A stretch of DNA of 46,210 bases from Octopus bimaculoides. Lineage: Eukaryota. The DNA lies in the NCBI RefSeq assembly GCF_001194135.2, contig NC_068994.1, positions 58,176,464 to 58,222,673 of the forward strand, read 5' to 3'. Below the pieces are notes generated by a model. It made no database searches. It was given only the letters and a program-made list of their open reading frames with translations, and was not told where the DNA came from. The position numbers were made by a program, and so were the translations under genes. Positions 25,245 through 37,015 of the stretch are shown here, one piece after another; within the stretch, counting starts at the first letter, position 1; each line of letters opens with the position of its first letter.

Positions 25245-26260
25245 GTTAACAATGTAGAAAAAGAAGAGTGTTGATAAGGAGGTGCCCCATCGGTATCTTC
25301 GGCAATAAATGACAGACAGATGTAAACCATGGATAGGCCAGACATGCTTATAGTCCATGTTGATGTGAAGTGAAGCAGTATTACTACGGGAAAGCTTTCA
25401 GATCTGAAGGAGAAGGGGACCCACTAGTGAATGATATGGAGAGAAGGTCTCGGGCAGATTCTGACTTTAAGGAAGTCAAGGTGCCATACAAGTGGTCAGT
25501 AAGAAGAGATCGAGACTGAAAGTGATGATGAAAGAGGTGATCCCTAGATTGTTGGAAGTCAGCTTAAATACATCGGTAGTTTTCAAAGTTTGAGGGGTGG
25601 GGCACATTTTTGTGTTTTTCCAAAGGTTGATATAGAATCCCATAGGGAGAGATTAAAGAGTTTGGTGAGGGTAGGAGCCACCTTTGGGTCATGCTGTATG
25701 AAGAACACATCAAGGACAAGTGTCGTGTGAAGAATACGGTTCATTATCGAACATAGATCTCTGGTTACACCTAGTTCTTATACAAAGAAATAAATATGGT
25801 GTGTTGGGTCGGACTTACCGGAGCTCCACAACAGCATTACCATGTGAGAAAAGAGGTGGATCTAATGTGGCAATGTCGATCATTCTCCATGGAGATCAAA
25901 CACACGGAGCTTATTGTTGTTTATAATGTGGTGTTTATTTTCTAAAGTTTATTTAGTCGATGGCAAAGGCGCAGAACTCCCAGGTTGGTGAGGTATATGA
26001 TAATGAACCTGGTATGGTTGATATTTGCAAGGTGAACAAGGAGGGAGTTCTGGATGGTTTCATTTGTTGGCAGCCAGAATCGGTGAGTATTTAGTATAGA
26101 GAGATGGCGTTAGAGAGGCGGCTACATTGGAAGGGGTTGAGCCGGAAGGTACAGCATTTACTAATTCGGGGTTTGGTGAGCGAGGGAGAGTGCAGAGGCA
26201 GAAGGAACGCTGAAAGATGTGACTACATTTGATGGGCATCAGCAGAGAGGTACATTGTTC
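25245..26260 (-). mobile_element. Decayed CR1-clade LINE (RT N-terminal half)
   Basis: Frameshifted motifs in the correct order: VAPTLTK/LFNLSL (~25645-25680), LWKN, ENYRCI.LTS (~25560-25585), LLTDHLYG (~25483-25506), KAF (~25390), G.P..LSTLLFFYI (~25250-25290). The extent above ~25720 is less certain. Confidence 0.75.
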
Positions 26261-28005
26261 TTAATTTAGATGAGCAATAACTGTTTGAGTAGCAGTAGAG
26301 CAAATAAAGGGAAGATACAGTGAGTCAGTAGCTAATGACTGTTGTAATGTGTTGGTTGATTGAGGGTTTTCTAATCAATAGTCTTTGAGGATGATGGAGC
26401 AGTACACAATGTTTGTGTATGGAGGAGCAGTAGCGTCCCACATAAATTATTAGTTGTGCTTTGCATGTTCAGAGCTGCTTCCGTTGTTGTTTATTCCACT
26501 TCCGGGTTTACCCTTGATCAAATAAAATGACGATTAAATCTGTTTCAATCGTAATTATATCTCCCTTTTTTCCCTTCAACTATAGTATATCATGGACCAC
26601 ATTATTAAATATGCTCTTTCCTTTTAAAAACAATAATGTGCAATTTGAGGGGAGGTTTGGTTGTTATTTCTAGACAGTGGAGCGACCGCATCGAGACTCC
26701 CATGTTGACTAGCTTGTTATCTGACATGTTGTAGATGTTATTTTCCAACCAAGATGTGGAGAGAAAGTTGTACAAACAGAATGTTAGTCCTGAGCCCTCC
26801 TCTAATGCCATCTGTGCTCTTTCAGCATTAAGATAACCTAAAATAGAACAACTTCTCAAACATGGATAGTTTTTTTTTTTCTATGTTGTAAATAGAAGCA
26901 TATCAACACCATCCTCATCACCACTATCAATAACATAACTCTGACAAGCCCTCCCACCACTCTTTCACAAACTGAATGCAGCAAACATCATCACTTCCAT
27001 CGCCATCATCAACACCACAACTAATAAACCGTCATCATCATCATCATCATCATCACCATGAATAAACCACCGGCCCCATTGCATATCCCGACTCAATTAT
27101 ACAGCTGTGTACACACATTCACACATAGACACATAGTAAAACCTAAATTATCTTTTAATATCCGACCCAAATTTGGCGCCAACGAGTTGAAAATGTGCAC
27201 ATACAACCCTCTCACTCTCCATCTTTTAAAACTGCACACGCAATACTCTCACCCTTTGTATATTAAAAACACATAGCCTTCTCACTCTTCTTATATTAGA
27301 ACTGTGCACACGCAGCACTCCCGCTCTCACAATGTCATATAAGAACCAGGACTTTGCTCCACATTTCTTATGATCTCTATTTCTCATATTTCCTTATAAG
27401 TTTTCTTAAACAATTCGATGTCCTGTGACCTTTTTCTTCAATTTGTTCAGCTGTGTCACTGATTGACACTTCGTGTGTGTACATTTAAGGTCAATAATAC
27501 TTGCTGTACACAGTTCTGACAGCCCCCCCCCCCACTACAAATAATGAATGTACAGATCGCTGTGTAGTTAAGAATTTCGCTTCGCAACTACGTAACCTCT
27601 CGTCCCATTCTATTGCACAATATCTTGGACAAATGTTTTCTATAGATCCAACGAGTCGATCAAAATCTTGTGAATTAAATTTGGTGGACAGAAACTGTTC
27701 GGAACCTCATCGGTTGTGTGTGTGTATGTGGGGGGGGGGGAATAGATGGTGGTGGCAGTCCCTGTTTCTCAATAGCTCTCTCTCAATTTGTTTAATGCCA
27801 CCAACTGGTAGTTATACCTTTTACCAACTGATTATGGAGGCCTTGAGAAGGTTTATGGGTACTCTCGTCATATGAGAAAGAAAAAAAAAGAAAAAAAAAG
27901 GGAAACACACTTTGTCGAAACTGTTTTAACGTTTAGCTGATATAGATTTGGTTAGAATAAGTCTCTGATAGGACTTAAACATCAAAAGCAAGGTCAATTT
28001 GTAGG

Positions 28006-28400
28006 AGGACAGTGGAGATATGCAAGGAAACTGAACGGAAACAAACATGGAGGGTCGTTAAACCAGAACGAGAGAACGTTTTTCTTTCTCTCTCTTCTAT
28101 CTTCTCCCTTTTCAAAGAAAATATTTCTCCCTGTGTTCACTATTTTCCTCTCGTTCTGGTCTAAAGACCCTCCATGTATGTCTCCACTGTCCTGTTTTGT
28201 TCCCAAATTTGACCCTCCATAAATCCAAAATTTTATTTTGGAATTTATGGGAGCAACTGTCTTCGAAGACTCATATTATCGAATGCTCGAAATGAGGAGT
28301 AGATAGACAGCCGACAACTGATGAAGGGTCGTTCTCTGTGTCACTTGTCTTGTTTTCCATTTTTTCTCTCATTGTTTGAAAAAATTGTGTTTTGGATGTA
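28006..28400. repeat. Fold-back (nested inverted repeat) element, unclassified
   Basis: Arms 28006-28074 and 28148-28193 pair in three blocks. There is also a hairpin at 28217-28250, the palindrome GTCTTCGAAGAC at 28259-28270, and CTGATGAAGGG at ~28318. Confidence 0.65.
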
Positions 28401-29394
28401 CTTATTGCCAAAAAAAAAAAAAAAACCCAGCTAAATTTCTTTAAAACAAAATAGGAATTTTGGAAGAAATATTCATAAATTTAACTTTTAAACATGGAAT
28501 AGCTATGGAGGTCCACCAGAGTAGAAGAGTAATGAAAGGGGTGCTTAGATAAAAACAGAATGGTTGAGACTAAAGCCTTGAAGGCGGTGCTCCAGCATGG
28601 CTGCAATACAACGACTGAAACAAGTAAAAGATAAGTATGGGATGTGTTTGAAATGATGACAGGAAAAATTGGTTAAAAATTAAAAAATATATGTCACTTG
28701 ATGGGGATAAACGTACAACAGTCATTTGTAGATACAAAAAAGAAATTTACAGAGTTAATCATATTGTCTTAAAATAATATTTACTTGGTTCTCGTTTGAT
28801 GTAAAGGAGTTTTAACAGAGATTAAAGTACATTTAATAAATTACACCCCCCACACACATTCTTATCAAAGTTTAATCATTTCCTGCGATCAAAAAAAATC
28901 ACTGATAAATTTCAAACGATGGTGGTCTCTCTCTCTTTCTCTCAACACTCAAACACACACGAACACTATACACCGTACACATCTACATTACTGACTCCAC
29001 TAGGACTAACGCACACACCACCACCACCACCACTACCAATTCCGTCTATAAACACACACACTACCAACAACGCCATCAGATGTATTCCTCTGAGCAGGCC
29101 TCCTTTACATGGCAGTTCGGTTTGTTAGAAATAGCAGCCAAGTCTTCCTTAAAAGCTACTCTTCATCTTTGATAAAAACAAAACAAAACAAAAACAGGGT
29201 GGTTGCAGTTGCAATATATTTTGCTATATGTCTAATTAAGCAGGCTTGATCAGGGACAAAACGCTAACCACGGCGTACTTTGGACATATAAATCTAGCCC
29301 ATTCCTCTTCAGGTCCAAGAAATAGAGAAGAGGAAGAAGAAGAAGAAGAAGAAGAAGGAGGAGGAGAAGGAGGAGGAGGAGGAGATGAAAACTC

Positions 29395-29530
29395 GGCCTC
29401 AGTACAAGACTGGAACCTTATTTATCCTCCCCGAGAGGATGAAAGGCAAAGTTGACTTCGGCAGGATTTGAACTCAGAACACAAGGAGCTAAAATGAATA
29501 CAGGAACGACGCTCTAACGACTCTGCCAAT
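29395..29530 (-). mobile_element. SINE family A, partial
   Basis: GGATGAAAGGCAAAGTTGACTTCGGCAGGATTTGAACTCAGAAC. Confidence 0.8.
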
Positions 29531-31096
29531 GCAACATTACATTATTAATTCTATTTAACCGTTGTGGATGCCAGATGAAGTTAGAGCGTGGAAGATAGCA
29601 GCCATACAAGTGGAAGTGAGAACTTGTCATTCTGACTCAGTAAAATTCTGAATTTCTACTCCACGGATGTTATCATCACATGAGTGTTGATGAAAAAAAC
29701 CACTTCTGTGACTGCTTTGCATCTTCAGTAACTCTCTCATGCTTCCCGACATTAACGTACAATGATTTATCATTTGAACCCACATTATATTTCATGGAAA
29801 ATGCAGTGTATTTGTGCCCAACTTTGTTTCTATCAGAAAACTGCTTATAAAGATTCATCTTGATAGGACGGTGAACGAGGAAAGTGGTTAAATTGTGGGA
29901 TGTAAATCTTCGTAGTATTCGTTCCGATACTCAAGAGTTCAAATCACACCAACTTCAACATTTGTTTCCTTCTTTTGGGGGGGATCGATAAATAAAGTAC
30001 CAGTCCAGAGATGTGAGTTGGTGAGTGCCTTGCATCGCCTGACATGGCTCATGTTGCGAAGACAACTCCTGCGACAACACTGGAGCCAAACTGTATCGGC
30101 TTCGCATTTCTCTGGGACAACACTTGTGGCACGAAGAGATGATAGACTTGCATGCGTGGGCAAACTGCAAGCTTTCCATTGAAAAGAGTGGGGAAAAAAC
30201 AACCATTTTCCAGGCTTGCACTATGGACGGGGGCCTCTTAGGCGTAGATGTTTCCACCATATTCTTATACAACCGACGACCATGTCCCAGTTTCTGGTCC
30301 AAAGACAGGTTCACAACACTGATACTCGATAATAACGCTACAAGTAAACATTGACAATCGCTCTTTGCCCAACCGCTAAGTTACGGGGGACATAAATATG
30401 TTCAGGGAACCCAGGACCATCTTCCCAGCATGTTCATTTCTAAGATAGTGCGTAATTTGAGAAGGATTTCATTACTCTTTCTAGCCGGACAAGTGATGGC
30501 TGTAGAGTCTGTCTCATTGTGATGATGATGGGGGATAATGTGTTGTGGTGGTGGCGGCGGCGGTGGTGGTAGTGAGACGATGATGCTGATGCTTATTTTG
30601 CTGGCGATATAATGATGGCGGTGTGTGTGTGACACAGAGATGCAGAAACGAACTGTTATCATTTCCCATATGTTTTATAGCCAAACACCCAAATGGCGGT
30701 GTTTATTCATGGGTTTTTATAACCGACTGACGATGTGTGCATAATGATGACGCATATCTGAGCGTGTGTGTATGTGTGTGTGTGTATTATTCATAAATAT
30801 ATAGAGATGAAGAGAGGGAGAGGGAGGAAGAGAGAGAGAGAGAGAGAGACGATGTGTGTGCGCGCGCGCGCGTGTTAGGAAAAAGAGAGGAGAGTGAAGG
30901 GAAAACGTGGAGCAGAGTGAGAAAGCGGTGAACTGCGTACGTCCGAAACGTTTAAGAGACTCCTCTGAACATGAATCTAACGCAACTGTGATTCTGTCTT
31001 GCCTTTTCTGTTTATATCCATCCATCCATCCATCTATCTATCTGTCAGTCTGTCTATGTATGTATGTATGTATGTATCCATCTATCCGTCCATCTA

Positions 31097-31129
<33 letters not shown>

Positions 31130-31246
31130 TTGTCTGTCAGATGAAGAAACAAACAATGAGATACAGAATGAGGCAGAGATAGATAGATAGATAGAATGAC
31201 GTGGATGTTAAGCAGGACAATTTGTGACACACAAAGTGAGACACAC

Positions 31247-31286
<40 letters not shown>

Positions 31287-31879
31287 AGATGAGAAAGTGA
31301 AAGGAAAGGAGAGAGAGAGGGAATGGGAAAGAGAGAAGACTAGTAAAGTGTGTTATGAAACATATGAACCGAATTTTGAAATCTGTAGCAGCAAGTTGTA
31401 ATATATATATATCAATGAGACGAACATATGTTGTCTAAGAAATAAACCTGTTAAGTGGAGGAGAGAGAGGGGGGGGGGAGAGATTGAGGAGGAGTAAGGT
31501 GAACAGAGAAGTGGTAGGTTGTTAGAGATATGTAACTGAGAGAGAGAAAGAGAGACTGTGTCAATGAAAGATAACTCTCATTTGCACATGGAGTAATAAA
31601 AACCATCCGGATACCAGCGGGAAACCTTAGAATGGGTTTGAAGGTTTAGTTACTTAACACACACTAAATATACCGTGTGTGTGTGTGCATGTTGGAGGGA
31701 AAATACTAACACGAGACAGTGAAAAATCTGTTAAAATTGTTGTTCGGGCAGTAAATAAGTAGAATCTTTGGAGACCAGTCAGTATCCCTAGTTTGAAAGT
31801 GTTTTGTTAAGAAAACAAGTGGTGCCCGTCAATTCAGAAAGATCCCCATGTGGTACTTTACACACACACACACACACAC

Positions 31880-32040
31880 ACACAAATAGGTTTCTTTGCG
31901 TTTCCGTCTGCCAAATCCACTCACAAGGCTTAGGTCATCCCAGGGCTACAGCAGAAGACACTTGCCCAAGGTTCCACACGGTGGGACTGAACCCGGAACT
32001 ACGTGGTTGAGAATCAAACTTCTTACCACACAGCCACCAC
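31880..32040 (-). mobile_element. SINE family C, 5' half
   Basis: TTTCCGTCTGCCAAATCCACTCACAAGGCTT..AGAAGACACTTGCCCAAGGT..GGGACTGAACCCGGAAC..CTTCTTACCACA. Confidence 0.88.
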
Positions 32041-33494
32041 TAAAATTGTACACTAGATTCCTACGCGATCGCCGTTTCAATTTGTCCAACACACATACTG
32101 TCAGAACGTTTGTTTAATCTCATACGTTCATCTTTGTCTTCCTGGTCTGAATCTCGTACGTCAGCTGTTGGTCCTGGCAGGCAGCTGTCAGTCTTCCAAT
32201 TCTGCTGGATGAGTAAAATGTCACAGGTTATATATACATGTCTCTCTCTCTCTCTATATATATATCGAATCTACTTCAGACGCATGAATATATAAACCAT
32301 GTATTGAGAATGTGTGTTGAGTACGTNNNNNNNNNNNNNNNNNNNNNNNNNNNNNNNNNNNNNNNNNNNNNNNNNNNNNNNNNNNNNNNNNNNNNNNNNN
32401 NNNNNNNNNNNNNNNNNNNNNNNNNNNNNNNNNNNNNNNNNNNNNNNNNNNNNNNNNNNNNNNNNNNNNNNNNNNNNNNNNNNNNNNNNNNNNNNNNNNN
32501 NNNNNNNNNNNNNNNNNNNNNNNNNNNNNNNNNNNNNNNNNNNNNNNNNNNNNNNNNNNNNNNNNNNNNNNNNNNNNNNNNNNNNNNNNNNNNNNNNNNN
32601 NNNNNNNNNNNNNNNNNNNNNNNNNNNNNNNNNNNNNNNNNNNNNNNNNNNNNNNNNNNNNNNNNNNNNNNNNNNNNNNNNNNNNNNNNNNNNNNNNNNN
32701 NNNNNNNNNNNNNNNNNNNNNNNNNNGAGAGAGAGAGAGAGAGAGGGGTGGGCAGAGAGAGAAGTGGAAGATAAGAGATGATGATAAGCCGGTGTCGGGG
32801 AAGTGTCATGTTGGTGAAGGAGTGGAGGGGTGTTAGATTCACGATAATTTCATGCAGAGGTTGCAGAATGAACACGGGCGCAGGGCTGGCAGCGTAGTGG
32901 GAGATTTAACTCAGAGATGAATGCAGGCAAGAGACAAAAATATGATCACGCTCGTTCCGACATTTTTGGAGACATCTAAGGCAGTTGTAGGGGGGCAAAT
33001 TTATTTCATTCTTCAGCAAATCATATATCACACACACACACACGTGTATGTCTGTGTGTGTGTATGCGTGTGTGTATATATATATATATGTATGTATGTG
33101 TATATGTATGTATGTATGTTTCGTAATACTCAAGGGCCACGAGTTCGTGCACTGGTATGAAACCTACATACATCCATATCTGAAAGATATGAGGAGTTTT
33201 CAACAGGGTAACTGAAACAAATAGGCTCAAATTGGTATGGCACTAAAATTCTGGTTTGAACTGCAGTTGGACGTATGATTTTGTGACTGCCTTTTTAAAG
33301 AGGCTAGAAGTGGCTTCCCTTTGAGCCGGTAGATATTTAATCTATATATCTATATAGATAAGGGTGTATTGTTTGAACGCATGTGTCTATGATTGTCTGA
33401 GTTAAGGTATAGAGTCATGATGTGTTATGGTATGTTGTGTAAGTGTAAATGGTGTGTTGTATTAATGTTCTAGCATATTAGGGTTACGGAATAT

Positions 33495-33720
33495 TATAAT
33501 AGTGTTAAGCTCTGGCAGCCTCACTAGTGCCGGTGCCATGTAAAAAGCACCTAGTACACTTTGTAAAGTGGTTTGCGTTAGGAAAGGCATCTAGCCATAG
33601 AAAACAAAGACGAAACTGGAACCTGACACAGTCCTGCAGCTCACCGGTTCTCTGTCGAGCTGTCCAAACCATGCCAGCATAGAAAGCGAACATTAAATGA
33701 TGATGATGATGATGATGACG
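33495..33720 (+). mobile_element. RTE LINE 3'-end copy with (GAT)n tail
   Basis: AGTGGTTTGCGTTAGGAAAGGCATC..CCATGCCAGCAT..GAACATTAAATGATGAT. Confidence 0.8.
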
Positions 33721-34204
33721 ATGGTATGTTGTATTAGTGTTCTGGTATGTTGTAATCGTGGATCTGTCTGTATGTCTGTTAATGATTGTGTATGCGTTGC
33801 AAATCTGTTACAGCAACAAGCTGTGCACACCTCACAGGCCCACGGGTGGTCTTCAGTTTTGGTATTTATTTTCGTGGCGGAGGTGGTTTGCGGATGAGCT
33901 CTGTGTACAACCTGCGGTTGATGCAAAATGTGTTATTCTGTTTTAAATCTGGTTTATCGTGCAGATACAAAGAGTTCAGACAAGGCTGCTGGGCGAGCCT
34001 GCATGGCTGTAGCCTGCTGTTGCCATTTCTATATTCTGGCCAGATCTAATTATTCTGAACATGTTTGTTTTTTTATTGGTAACATGATTGTCTTTAACAT
34101 CCCTCTGTCTGCTGTGTGTTGTGCAAATTCTGGTATTTTTATCTTCTGTGTATGTTGTGGTATGTTTATGTTGTTGAATGTGGTGGTTGGTTATATTTGA
34201 TGTT

Positions 34205-34440
34205 CTCTCGTAGAATGGAGGACAGGAGGTCTGCTTAGATGCTACTTTAAATTTGTCGTTGTTTCGGATCCAGGTTTCTAGGTCAATCGTATAGCTTTGG
34301 AGCTGTGTCTGGATAATTGCAGTGTGTCTGTTGAGAGAAGAGGGGAATGTGAATGTGATGTCATCTGCATACGAGGGTTGCGTGTATGTTTTGGGCTGAT
34401 GTGGGAACGTCGTGTGGGTTCAGGCTAAATAAAGAGCAAG
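34205..34440 (-). mobile_element. LINE reverse transcriptase fragment (Jockey/I-like) with a YADD motif
   Basis: Minus-strand PCSLFSLNPHDVPTSAQNIHAT, a +1 frameshift, then SYADDITFTFPSSLNRHTAIIQTQLQSYTIDLETWIRNNDKFKVAS. YADD is at 34360-34371. The clade assignment is tentative. Confidence 0.8.
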
Positions 34441-35192
34441 GAAGAAGACAGAAAATCACAAATTTTCTGTGTGTCGTTTTTGTACAGTGTTAAAGGCTTA
34501 AAAAACTGAGAAACTATGAAACAGTTGACACTGAGCAAAGTAGCATCAGTTTGCTTCAGTAAATAATAAAATTTCACAATGTGGAATACATTATTGTGCC
34601 ATGAAGACAAGTCTCACATCTTACCCCACCCTCCACCCCAATCAAAATGTTCTGCTCCAAGTTTTAGACCCTTTCCTCTCAGAGCAGACATTTATTCCAT
34701 TTTATGAAAGTGTGAGGGTTTACCAACCAGTATTTTATGTAGGTTTATTAAGGAGACGTCCAGGATATTGGATAAGGGAGACGAAGTCAGGCCTTTGTTG
34801 ATGTCAATCATATTTAGCAAGCAGGGGCAATGCAATCAACTTACTCACTCCCAAAATTGCTGGCCTTGTGCCAGAATTTGAAACCTGTATGTTCCCTACC
34901 TATCCTACTTAGGCGTTACCCTGTTATCTTACTAAAATTACAAGTATATGACGCATATATATATTACAGGTATATAATACAAAACACCCTGCAGACTGGG
35001 ATAGTCAATAAAAAAAAACAAAAACAATTTTTTTCTGTGCAGTTCGGTGCAAAATGATACCCGACCCAGTACTGGTCCATAGCCAGGTGGTTAGAGGTCC
35101 CTGGTCTTCTTGAGGAATGTTCTATGGGTACATTTGTCATGTTGTCAGTCTCTGGGTTATACAGTTCTATATTTAAGAGATGAGAAATTATG

Positions 35193-35450
35193 TACATTAT
35201 TTACATTATTTACATTTGACGGATATTTGTCCTCATCTTGTTTGTTGTTAACATGTTTCGGCTGATATACCCTCCAGCCTTCATCAGGTGTCTTGGGGAG
35301 ATTTTGAACCTGGGTTCTCATTCCTAAGGTATTTTTCGATGGTGTTGTTGTTGTTGTTATTATTATTATTATTATTATTATTCAGGTCACTGCCTGGAAT
35401 CGAACTCGGAATCTTGGTGTTAGTAGTCCGCGCTCTTAAACACTACGCCA
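35193..35450 (-). mobile_element. tRNA-headed, hammerhead-bearing SINE-like element, copy 2 (full head, damaged ribozyme)
   Basis: Head TGGCGTAGTGTTTAAGAGCGCGGACTACTAACACC..GAGTTCGATTCC; CTGATGA at 35287-35281; the sequence after GAAAC is shortened to ATGTTAAC; (ATGTAAATA)n tail. Confidence 0.88.
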
Positions 35451-35500
35451 TCGAAAAATACCTTTTCATTGTTCAGATTATTCTCTCAAATGTTACGCCT

Positions 35501-35711
35501 TCTAACCCCAAGATTCCAAGTTCGATTCCAGGCAGTAACCTGAATAATAATAATATTAATAACAACATCGAAAAATACCTTAGAAATCAGAACCCAGGTT
35601 CAAAATTTCCCCCAAGACACCTGATGAAGGCTGGAGGGTATATCAGCCGAAACGTTGTGTTAACAACAAACAAGATGAGGACAAATATCCGTCAAATGTA
35701 AATAATGTAAA
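35501..35711 (+). mobile_element. tRNA-headed, hammerhead-bearing SINE-like element, copy 3 (5'-truncated, intact ribozyme motif)
   Basis: Starts at CTAACCCCAAG, retains the B-box-like AAGTTCGATTCC, and has the same body and tail as copies 1 and 2. Confidence 0.88.
35616..35661 (+). ncRNA. Minimal type I hammerhead ribozyme motif (PLE type)
   Basis: Helix I GACAC/GTGTT, core CTGATGA (+A), helix II GGCTG/CAGCC with a 10-nt loop, GAAA, palindromic AACGTT in place of helix III, predicted GUU cleavage after 35656. Confidence 0.75.
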
Positions 35712-36303
35712 TAAAGTCAATTTGCGAAAAAAGAAATTTTTTATAATTAAATTTAGAGGGTATGTATGTTATTAGAAGACATTGTAGTGTGTTATGATTG
35801 TTGTTGATTCTAATAACAGGGGTATGGTTGGGTATGTGGTCACGTGTTAGAAACAGCAGCCAAAATATTCAAATTTCAACACACAGCCTTTAAAATGGAT
35901 GAACACATAGATGAAACAGTTCCTATGTAGTAGTAGTAGTAGATGTCAAAGTGTATACTCCTCTGTATACATTTGTCACCAGATCACTGTGTCATGGGCG
36001 AATACTAAGTAACAAAGTTCTGAACAAGACAAGGACTACGAAACTCCATTTTATCAAACACTGCCTCCAGAGGCCAATATCGTCGAAACATCACAGCAAA
36101 ACATTCACAATCGACAACGATTCAATTTCATTCAATTTCTCTTTAGCGTACTTAACTTATAAACGAACCGATTTTCCACACACACACACACATAGAGCGA
36201 GGTGTGATTTGAGGGAGATTTGGCTGCTATTTCTACTACATGTAGGTATGAGACAGAAGCTGCCTTCATTGGGTCACAGAATCGGTCGTGTGTGTGTGTG
36301 TGA

Positions 36304-36374
<71 letters not shown>

Positions 36375-36804
36375 AGACAGAAAGAGAGGGTTGAGCCTAG
36401 TAGCGTCCCATAGATGTGAGCCAGCAAATGAGCAATCACAGTTTTGCGTTTTGAGTTCGAATCCTGCTGAGGTCAACCTAACCTTCCATATTTACAGGGT
36501 TCGTTCAAATAATTACCAGCCAAGTATATTCAGCTGTTTGTCCTCTTCTAAAATTTGAGGCTCGTCTTATGAACCAATATTTTATTACGAGTCAATGGGA
36601 CCCTCTACGTAGTCTCTGGAGCGGCTCGAAATAGAAGCTAAATCTTTCTCAAACCATAACTAGAACGCTTCAAGAAGTGGTCTATGGAAAAATAAATCAC
36701 GGAAGGATGACCGCGGTTGGAAAACACCAATCTTCGTAAGACAAAAATAAAGAATGTTTTGGGGTTTTGTGAAAGACTGCAAAATGCGAGGTGTGATCGG
36801 TCTC

Positions 36805-36865
36805 AATCGATCATCTCTTGTTCAAAATCGATCATTTCTTGTTCAAATCGATCATTTCTTGTTCA
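36805..36865. repeat. Tandem repeat, 3 copies of a ~20-bp unit
   Basis: AATCGATCATTTCTTGTTCA repeated three times with minor variation. Confidence 0.85.
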
Positions 36866-37015
36866 AAAAAGAACAATTATGGATTAAGCTATTAAAATGT
36901 ATGAAAATAATTATGACAATGTGTATACACACACATACACGCACGCACAATATACACAAGTAAACACCTACATATACATACACACAGATATACTTTTAAA
37001 AGAAGGGTAATGACT

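Noticed and set aside
34368-34382. TACGAGGGTTG as a mariner TIR
   Set aside because: It lies inside the LINE YADD coding fragment and has no partner TIR.
36805-36865. CRISPR-like array
   Set aside because: Three abutting units with no spacers, in a eukaryotic context.
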